Assembly (NCBI GenBank): GCA_951406725.2
Contig: OX597823.1
Location: 77,624,001-77,688,000, forward strand
Source of the DNA: Octopus vulgaris
Lineage: Eukaryota
Direction of reading: 5' to 3'
Length of the DNA: 64,000 nucleotides
Notes under the pieces: generated by a model
The model's database searches: none
What the model was told of the DNA's origin: nothing
Seen by the model: only the letters and a program-made list of their open reading frames with translations
Position numbers and translations under genes: made by a program
Shown here: positions 53,867-64,000 of the stretch, one piece after another
How the letters are laid out: the number at the start of each line of letters is the position of its first letter
Numbering within the stretch: position 1 is the stretch's first letter

Positions 53867-55891
53867 GTATTGATAGATTTTCTTTTGTATGTTGATTCAA
53901 CAAACTTCATGTTCCACCACCACCACCACCACCACTACTACTACTACTACTACTTCGCACACATATGCACACCTGCACATATAGACTCACTCATGCATAC
54001 CTTCATACGTAGCAAACATATACGCTTTTTCTAAAAAAGAAATCTGTGTGGTGTCCTAATTCTAAATAGAATATGCAAATATGCACACCTTGCCACAGTA
54101 AGTTATCTCTTTGGCAGTTCCTCACATTAACTCTTTTTCTTTTTCCTCCTCTAATCTTCTCTCTTTCTCTCTCTGTCTCTCACTTTCTCTTCCTCTCTTT
54201 CTCTACGTCGGTCTCTCTCTTTCTCGCTCTCCAAACATTAAAATCATTCATGGTTTTCCCATTACCATCTGTGCCAATTAGACATTATAGAATTTAAATC
54301 GCATACTCAGACAAAATAACAATAACGATGATAATAGGGATAAAGATAATAACAATAATGATGAAGTTGATGTTGAGGATTATGGTGATGATGATGAGGA
54401 AGAGAAAAAGAAAGAGAGGTATGATCAGATGAGGGGAAGGTATAAAAAAAATAGCCCACACACAAGGTACCACACACATGTATATCCTCACACAATTATA
54501 TGCTCACTCCCTGCTGATGAGCCGGCCCCCACGAGAGCAGCCCAGTTTACCAACAGATGAGACCAGTCTTTAGGAAGGAGTAGAGGAGTGGAACCACATG
54601 CAGGTCTTGCACCTTGAGGGGTTGTTAAAAACAGCAGCAACAAGATAACAATAATATTTATGATGACGATGCCAAGATGGAAAGCAACAGTTCTAGTTGT
54701 TCCAATTTCCATCTGCGAGGCAAACAATGAAGAATACAATGAATGTGCTTCAGAAAATAATTAGAAAAGAACGTTCAGGTAATACAAGTCCAATAAAAAG
54801 CACCAAATTTAGGCTTGGCAGGGTTGTAAGTTGCATAGAAGCCTGGAAACCCTGGCCACCTACATCCATTTTAAGGAATTACACCTGGTCTTACAAAATT
54901 TGGAAGCATATTTTCCTTTTCACTGTTTTCATGTTTTATAGGTTGTGAGGCCTTGAAGTGAGTGAAACCTATTTGTAAGTCACATACAATAAGGTAGATA
55001 CTATGAGCCAACGAAGGAACACTGATAGAGTTACTCAAACTGTTAGAAACAGCAGCAAAACCAAAATCACCTCCACAATGTTTTTTATTGTCTTAGAAAG
55101 GCCACATTAGATAACAAAGTGTTTGACATACTAAAAATGAAAGAACAAAAATAAACGATTGATTCATCAGAAATGGAATGTCTTTGATAATAAAGACTAC
55201 CAAATCTGAGCTCACTCAGCGCTAAACAGCTACCAAATCTACTGACAATGTTTTGGTCCACTCTAGCTTATTATAAAAGGCATCTACTCAAAGTACCATA
55301 CACTAAGGTCTATACTCAAAACCACATGGTTGGATATTCCAAAGCTGAAAATGTTTAAATATCTTTAGTATTAATGAAAATCCATTGTTAGTATATTTGA
55401 TTAAAAATTTAATCAGTGAGAGAATTGTTAACAGTAATTAGGATGTAACAAAATTTATTTAAATCCTATAAAATCTTTACAAAGAAATCACAAATTTAGT
55501 TGAGTTCTTTATGGCTCCTATAACAAGAATTAAGGTTCAACACATTTACAGGTAGCAATCAATTGAATTAGCTCTGAGTAAGTTACATGTGTTTGCTCAA
55601 AGACAAAGCATTGCTTCTCCATCTTCGTCTTCTTCGTTTTGGCAGAAAACACTTAGGATCATTTCTGTTACCATCTTACAATAACTTAATTGTACCAGTG
55701 AATATATTGACAATTTCTCTCTCATTTGAACCTAATTTGATATATGATGTACAGTTTTGACAGAATTTCAGCTAATCTGAACACATCTATTTTATTAGGA
55801 ATAGCTACATACAAATATATTCTCTTCTTTCTCTTTTTCTCTCCCCCTCTCTCTCTCTCTCTCTCAGTATACATACATGCACACATACATA

Positions 55892-55951
<60 letters not shown>

Positions 55952-56029
55952 TATGTATATGTATATACATATATACATATATGTATATATATATATATAG
56001 ATATGCATATATGTATATATACATACTAC

Positions 56030-56080
<51 letters not shown>

Positions 56081-56096
56081 TATATGTATATATACA

Positions 56097-56134
<38 letters not shown>

Positions 56135-56599
56135 GTGTGTTTAACAAATGTTACTTCCTAATTGAATATATTGATTAATATCTGTCTCAATACATGTGTG
56201 TATTTATATGTGTATCTATGTGTATTCAGTGTACAGTGTATGTGCTTGCGTATGTAAAATACTCACATGTATGTATATGTCCGTGTGTGCACAGTTCTGC
56301 TTTACATTCATTTTTCTATATTCACATTAAATGAGATGTTATGATTAAAGAAATTGCTTGTTTTGTTTTACACTAACCAGTGAACTGCGAAGTAGGAGTG
56401 GTTAGTGATAGAAGTTTACTGATCAGGCAAACTGAAGAGCAAAGAGAATAATCTACCTTCCTCAGGGACCCAGCACGATGGCTGTATTACAATATTTTTA
56501 ATCTCCACCACCTTAACATAACATTTGTTTTGGAGTTTAAGGAGGATACCAGAAATTTTCACAAGGAAATCATCATTATCATGATCATTCATCGCCACC

Positions 56600-57033
56600 A
56601 CGCACCACCACTATCACCACTACTACTAACACCACTACTATCACCACCACTACTATCACCACCACCACTATCACCACCATCACCACCACCACCACTATCA
56701 CCACCACCACTATCACCACCACCACTACCACCACCACCACTATCACCACCACCACAAACAACACCACCACCACTAACACCACCACTATCACCACCACCAC
56801 CACCACTATCACCACCACCACAAACACCACTACCACTAACACCACCACCACCACCACTATCACCACCACCACTAACACCACCACCACTAGCACTAGCACC
56901 ACCACCACCACCCCTACCACTACCACCATCACCACCACTAACACTACCACCACCACTACCATCACCACCACCACCACTACCACCACCACTAATACTACCA
57001 CCACCACTACAACAACCACCATCATCATCATCA
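56600..57033. repeat. Degenerate (CCA)n/(CTA)n triplet array at an RTE tail
   Basis: Runs directly into catcatcatttaatg, the minus-strand RTE terminus. Confidence 0.9.
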
Positions 57034-57452
57034 TTTAATGTTTGTTTTCTATACTGGCATAGTTTGGACAGTTTGATTGGTGGTGGCCAGCTGAAGAGCT
57101 GCCTGGGCACCATGTCTGTATTGACTTAGTTTTCTACAGCTGAATGCCCTTCCAAATTCCAACCACTTTACCGAGTGTACTTGATGCTTTAAAACAGCAC
57201 TGGCATGGGTGCTCTTATGTGGCACTGGCACAATTGCTTTTTACTTGGCATCAGCATCCATAAGCCGCCAAGATTAGGACCACTCAGCTGCTGAAGTGGG
57301 ATGAAGGGGATATGCCTGCATGCAAAGACATCTATGATTTGACATGTTTTCTCAAGCACAGCAAACCGCCAAGAGTTTCAGTCCTTTGTCATCTGTGAGG
57401 CCCAATGTCTGAAGATCCTTTCTCACCACTTTGTCCCATGTTATCCCGGGTT
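57020..57452 (-). mobile_element. RTE LINE 3' fragment
   Basis: PGITWDKVVRKDLQTLGLTD plus 3'UTR motifs. Confidence 0.75.
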
Positions 57453-58876
57453 TAATGTTTTGCAATCAAAGTACTGCAAATATTGAGGGCAGTTGCACAA
57501 GTAATCAGTCTTTTGTGCAGCAAGTATCATCATTATCATGTTAATGTCTACTTCACCATGCTTGTATGGGTTCGATGGGATATATCAAGACAACATTTCT
57601 ACAGATGGATGCCTTTCCTGTCCCCAACCTTCAGCTGTTTCCAAACACGGTTATATTCCCCTTGGTTTGACATGTCTGCATAAAAGATTGGAGATAAATG
57701 GCAATACTTGTGACAGTGATATCAAGAAAACAAGCTTTTACATGGTGAGATGACCAAGAAGAAATAAGAGTCAAATTCTCCTCAAAGTACATGCAAACAT
57801 CTAGAAAATAATAAGACACATTGATATAGGTCATAATATAATTATGTCCAACTAAATAAGGAATATATGGTGAAATGTATGCTTTTCTGCATTTATAGTC
57901 TAAATATGTTACTTTAAAAGATCATTTTAGCCAATAATGTATGTACATGAAAATCGATTCCATCTTGATTAAATGCAGTGGAATAATAATGCATTGACAT
58001 TTAACAATGTTTTATTAATTAGGCTCTCAATTACTGTGGATATATTTTTTATGTTTATACATTCTCTCTTTATAGATGTACATACATATATGTATGTATG
58101 TGTGTATGTGTGTGTGTGTGTGTGTGTGTGTTTGTATGTGTGTGTGTGTATGTGTGTATGTATCTGCCCATCCTTGAATGCATGCATGTTCTCTTTCAAT
58201 TTTAATTATTTGAAGTCTTCCTGTAAAGAAGGAGCTGATTTCTAACAAAGAAACAAAGTTCAATCATTGGAATGTAGTTTAAAAAGGGAAAAAAATAAAG
58301 TCATATTTTGAACTTGAAAAAATTCTTGCATATTCTACCATTACAGATAGTCTTTCCTCCTGCATCTAGCAGCTCACCTGCGACAGACTGGCGTCCTGTC
58401 CAGGTGGGGAACCTATACGCCAAGGAAACTGGGAAACTGGCCCTTATGAGCCAGGTATGACTCAAGAAGGAACAAACAACAAACAAACAACATAGCAATT
58501 GTACACAAATACAGTTGCTTGTGCTTCTTTAACTTCATCCTCCATCCTTCAAATTTAACATAACTTAACTATGTCTGCTCCCTATCTTTACCACTATGCA
58601 TATATATCTCCTACTATAAAACCTAACTTTCAAAATCTTTGGTGTCACTGGTTTTTGGTTTTGTTATTTATCACACATGTTTACTTGACTGATTAGCTGA
58701 ATATCTGTTCTGTGTATCAAGATCTACTGAGGATAGGAAATCAGTATCTTTTCCTTGTGTAGCCTTCTTTTGATTTTTGAAATGTTCATATTTTCCCCAA
58801 GTTAATTGGATTCATTGCCTGGTTCTGCTCATCATCTTACACACTGCTCCATCAACAGAATTATGGTATTAGTTAC

Positions 58877-58907
<31 letters not shown>

Positions 58908-59175
58908 CAAAATATAGGAAAGCAACAGATATATAACAATACAGTTTATTTCAGCAGTTGTATAAAATTCTTTCAAATAAGATGCATATGTATTGTATGT
59001 ATACATATATGCATATGTGCATGTGTGTGTGTGACTGTGTATGTGTGTAGATTGATAAATATATAGAGAGCTAGAGAGATAGAGTGATGTATAACACTGC
59101 GAGATATATGTATACGAATATATACATATATATACACATGTGTGGGTATGCACACACATATACATGTGTGTATGT

Positions 59176-59222
<47 letters not shown>

Positions 59223-59239
59223 ATATATATAATATAATA

Positions 59240-59491
59240 ATATATATATGTATGTATGCATGCATATATATATGTATGTATGCATGCATATATATATGTA
59301 TGTATGCATGCATATATATATGTATGTATGCATGCATATATATATGTATGCATGCAATGCATATATATATGTATGTATGCATGCATATATATATGTATGC
59401 ATGCAATGCATATATATATGTATGAATGCATGCATATATATATATGTATGTATGCATGCTTATATATATATGTATGTATGCATGCATATAT
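59240..59491. repeat. Minisatellite of about 22 bp (tatatatatgtatgtatgcatgca variants)
   Basis: About 10 units. Confidence 0.9.
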
Positions 59492-60427
59492 AGTTGGAGT
59501 CAGAGAAACAACACAGAGATAATGTATGTGCCGCTGTATATGAATGTATATAATGAAAACTGACATAAACCAGAAAGGGTGAAAGATATTGTTATATAAT
59601 AATGAAAGAAACGTTATTTCTTTAATTAGTTTTATTTTGTCTTTATATGCATTTGAAGTGGAGAATATTAAATTTTCCAAAAGAATTACTCAATCTAGAA
59701 AATTCTTCTTTGCTGCCGATTCCCCATTATTCTGCAAGTTTTTCATTGAGAATATTTCGACTGACTCAGCTATGTTATTGAAGATTTCAATTTTCGCAAA
59801 TCTAATATCATATTAGGATTTTTATTTTCAATTTTATATAAATTTTTCGGTATGTTTTTGTACATTTTTTGGATCGGTATAATGTGTTCTGTAAATTTTT
59901 GTCATTTGCATATTGTTTGAAAAATTCCATAGCAGAATGTTTGCCCTGCAACTTGCATCTCAACCATGAAATAGGAGATGCTGTTAATGTTCTTGTCTTT
60001 TTTTAGCCTCAGGTCAAGCCTATTGAACCAGACTTATGATCAAAAGCTATGATCATCTCATCTCATTTTTATATTTTTTTGCTATTTTATCAAGCACAGT
60101 GTATCTAGGACTACATTATTTAATGCGTCCTTCATTACAATATGGAATCAATATGACTGAATGGTTAAGCAGTTTATTATTGGTAGTCATGAGGTTCTGG
60201 GTTTGATCCTACCGTGTGGTATTTTGAGCAAGTGTCTTGATCATAAGGTGAGGCACCTTGAGCAAGTGTTGGTTACTCCAGTCATGAGTCAACCCAAATC
60301 CTTGACAGAAACTATCAGGAATCCTTTGAATGGATTGTCAGATAGTGTCACACTGATTGTATCATACAAGTGGTTTAGTTTGTTTCCAATCTTCCATGAA
60401 GACATGTCTGGTGATTTGGAAATACTG

Positions 60428-60825
60428 TTTACTCTTTTACTTGTTTCAGTCATTTGACTGAGGCCATGCTGGAGCACCGCCTTTAGACGATCAAATCGAC
60501 CCCAGGACTTATTCTTTGTAAACCTAGTACTTATTCTATCGGTCCCTTTTGCCAAACCACTAAGTTACGGGGACATGAACACACCAGCATCGGTTGTTAA
60601 GCGATTTTGGGGGGACAAACACAGACACACAAACACATGTATATATATATATACATATACACAACAAGCTTCTTTCAGTTTCTGTCTACCAAATCCACTC
60701 ACAAGGCTTTGGTCGGCCCGTGGCTATAGTAGAAGACACTTGCCCAAAGTGCCACACAGTGGGACTGAACCCGGAACCATGTGGTTGGTAAGCAAGCTAC
60801 TTACCACACAGCCACCCCTGCGCCT
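60428..60825 (-). mobile_element. SINE family A, full-length
   Basis: Colinear with the reference copy. Confidence 0.93.
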
Positions 60826-61578
60826 AAATAATAGCTTTCTTGAAAACATGTAAAGGTTAGCAACAGGCTGTAGAAATCTATCTCAGCAAATACCATCTAA
60901 TCCATGCATGGAAAGCAATGACTCAGAAGTAGGTAGACGTAGCCAGTGTAAAATACTGGGTTTTATGTCAGAAAATGAACTGCCAATCCCTTAGCTTGTT
61001 ATCCAATATTCTTTTGAATTCAGCCACAAACAGCTTCTCATCTTATATTCATATTTATGGCAAATAACACATCACATACTCAGTCATCAAAGAAAATAGA
61101 TGTAAACAAAATCGAAGCCCTAATGAATACTAAATACTCTATTAAGTTATCTAATGTCACACACATCAGAATGGCTCTAAACTTAATTAAGATTAAGATC
61201 TCACCTTTAGCTTTGCTTTTCTGATTAAAGAGGACCCACCTCTGTTTCTAGTTTGCCATCATTACGAAGATCTCTATACCTTATCTCCAGGCTAGCATAG
61301 CATCAACATTACCTTTCTCATTATTCTTCAATATATTCAGTCTTCAGTTATTACTCAATTATACCTAACTATCAAACGTTAAATCTAACTACATTACACT
61401 GCTTTACTTAAAGTATTTATTACCTATTCTCCTTATATCAATTCTGTCAATCATATACAACCTTAGCCAGCTCTTGACTATGTTGGTGTTGATATTTAAC
61501 CTCAGATCAGACCTAATTTAGCAGAAATATATTCGAAAATGTTCAATCCATGGCCTTCCCTATTTTTTTTTTTTAGAC

Positions 61579-61810
61579 GGTGGTGAGCTGGCAGAAACGT
61601 TAGAACGCCGGGCGAAATACGTAGCCGTATTTTGTCAGTTGTTACATTGTGAGTTCAAATTCCGCCGAGGTCGACTTTACCTTTCATCCTTTTGGGGTCG
61701 ATAAATTAAGTACCAGTTACGCACTGGGGTCGATGTAATAAACTTAATACCTATGTCTGTCCTTGTTTGTCCCATCTGTGTTTAGCCCCTTGTGGGTAAT
61801 AAAGAAATAG
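61579..61810 (+). mobile_element. SINE family B, full-length, nested in family E repeat (61490-61935)
   Basis: Complete head, core and tail; family E motifs on both sides. Confidence 0.9.
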
Positions 61811-62862
61811 GTGTTAAAGAAAGGTATTAGCTGGGACTATGATATTCTGGATAGATATGCTTCCTATTTCCGTGATATTATGTGTGATTTTAGGGAGATT
61901 TTGGATCTTTTTTCAACAAATCTAGCAACCACATACAACTTCCACCTTTTGTTCATATATTATATGTACACACACACACACATAGACTTATATATCCTAT
62001 ATACAAAGCAAAAATTCTTCTTGTCATCATCTCTGCCAACCCCATTACTCAATTGATGCTGTAGGAATAAAAAGCTGTGTTATTCCGTTATACTACTACT
62101 ACTACTACTACTGCTGCTACTGCTGCTGCTTTTAATGTACATATAAAAGGAGAAAGGAACAGGGAATAGGAGAAGATAAAACCAAAAATAAGATGTAAGG
62201 ATAAGTGACAAAAGAAAATAGAAAACACACTTTGAACCAAGTCCTTCATGATGCTTGTTCTGCAGCAAGTTACAGACACTCCCTTGAAACATTCCTCGAC
62301 CTCTACATCCCACCACCACCATCATTAGAAATGTAATAAATCAGGTGATTGGCCTATTAGAAATCTGTAACTAATGAAGCTATTGTTCAATAATTGCACC
62401 CCCCTACAAAAAAAAAATTATTAAAAATAAAGTAAATTATCAAATCAACCAATTATACTAGTTTTTTGTTTGTTTACTTTTGTTTTTCGGGAATGTTTTT
62501 TTTTTTTCTTCCTGAACATTGAAAGAATTTTAGCAAAGTCAGCTGTTGACATGAAGAAGTTAGTTTCAATTGTTTTCTTAGAATTTAAGACATACTTTCA
62601 GAAAGTTGCCAAAAGATAATGATCTAGTTCTTGCATTTCATCCATTTTTTTTTAAATATTTTTTTTTTAATTCTGAAAATTTATGAATTTATTAACCCTT
62701 TTGTGACTGTATTTTTAATGACTGGGTACTGTATTAGTTTTTTATTTTTTCCATTTTGCAACATAGTCAAGACTACAGAAGAATTTAGTATAATATCTGA
62801 AACCACATGTAAATATATATACATACATACACACACATATATATGTATGTATATATATATAT

Positions 62863-63250
62863 TCTTTTATTCTTTTATTTGATTGAGTCAGTTGATTGTG
62901 GCTATGCTGGAGCACTGCCTTTAGTCGAACAAATCAACTCCATGACTTATTCTCTGTAAGCCTAGTACTTATTCTATCGGTCTCTTTTGCTGAACTGCTA
63001 AGTTATGGGGACATAACCACACCAGCATCGGTTGTCAAGTGATGGTGGTGGGGACAAATACAGACACACAAATTCACACACACACACATATATATATGAT
63101 GGGCTTCTTCTAGTTTCCATCTACCAAATCCACTCACAAGACTTTGGTCAGCCTGAAGCTATAGTAGAAGATACTTGCCCAAGGTGCCATGCAGTGGGAC
63201 TGAACCCGGAACCATGTGGTTGGTAAGCAAGCTACTTACCACACAGCCAT
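62863..63250 (-). mobile_element. SINE family A
   Basis: Colinear with the reference copy. Confidence 0.9.
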
Positions 63251-63261
63251 CTCCCAATCTT

Positions 63262-63360
63262 GTTCCAGGTTCAGTCCCACTGAAATATCTTCTACTATAG
63301 CCTCAGGCTGGCCAAAGCCTTGTGAGAGGATTTGGTAGACAAAAACGGAAAGAAGCCCAT

Positions 63361-63406
<46 letters not shown>

Positions 63407-63592
63407 TGTGTTTGTGTTTGCCCCCACCCTACCAATGTTTGACAGCCAGTGTTGTTTTGTTTACGTCCCTATAACTTGGTGGTTCTGCAAGAGAGAGTGA
63501 GATCAATTTGTTTGACTAAAACCTTCTAAGGTGATGCCCCAGCATTGCTGCAATCCAATGGCAGAATCAAATAAAATGTAAAAGATAAAAAG
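63262..63592 (+). mobile_element. SINE family A, diverged, inverted relative to the previous copy
   Basis: gttccaggttcagtcccac...cagcattgctgcaatccaatg. Confidence 0.85.
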
Positions 63593-63849
63593 ATGGATTA
63601 GTATCCAGTAGCATATCTCTGCAAATAATTATTCCTACCGTTGGCAGAAGGCTTTAAAGTTTCAAGGAAGGAATAGAAGTCAACTTCATAGAATCCAGTA
63701 TTAGACATATTCTTTCTCAACCTCTGAAAGATGAAAGTCAGTGATGACACTGATAGGGTTTCAACTCAACATGCAAAGCACTTTAATTAGATCCTGCACA
63801 GCAATTTGCTTGTCATTCTAAAATAATGCTAACTCAGTGCTTAAATAAG

Positions 63850-64000
63850 GGTTTCAAATTTTGGTACAAAGCCAGCAATTTTTGAAGGGATGGGGAAACC
63901 AATGACATCAACTTCTGTATTTCACTGATACTATTTTATCAACCCTAGAAAGATGAAGGGCAAAAACAATTTCAGCAGAATTTGAACTTAGAACATACAG
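63850..64000 (-). mobile_element. SINE family B, degenerate, cut by the window end
   Basis: tttcaaattttggtacaa...ttttatcaaccc...gatgaagg...gaatttgaact. Confidence 0.7.

Noticed and set aside
54512-54541. Hammerhead at ctgatgagccggc
   Set aside because: No properly placed GAAA or closing stems.
56530-57129. 199-aa proline-rich extensin/formin-like ORF
   Set aside because: Triplet repeat attached to an RTE tail; no convincing splice signals; also open on the opposite strand.
61205-61220. 16-nt minus-strand microexon
   Set aside because: Moderate acceptor, not frame-preserving, no supporting context.

Overview
AT-rich, repeat-saturated animal genomic DNA, most likely octopus (coleoid cephalopod). 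That assignment is inferred from the SINE repertoire and microsatellite load, not from a database search. No complete gene is visible, and almost every ORF in the supplied track is a microsatellite artefact. The window contains at least four tRNA-headed SINE families (one with a Nin/Deu-like core) and decayed non-LTR fragments (RTE, CR1-group, R4/Dong-like, CRE-like, Penelope). It also holds a solo LTR with TSD, a non-autonomous Helitron, and piggyBac-, Tc1- and mariner-type MITEs. The best gene signal is one 82-nt + strand exon (45236-45317) with strong splice sites and an ATG encoding a signal-peptide-like stretch. A strongly flanked - strand exon candidate lies at 21612-21745. The most notable observations are hammerhead-like motifs in short Penelope-type repeats, a SINE/LINE shared 3' tail with compensatory stem changes, nested insertions that order the TE waves, and a cryptic GATA-rich array beside the exon. 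I cannot support a new multi-gene system from this sequence.
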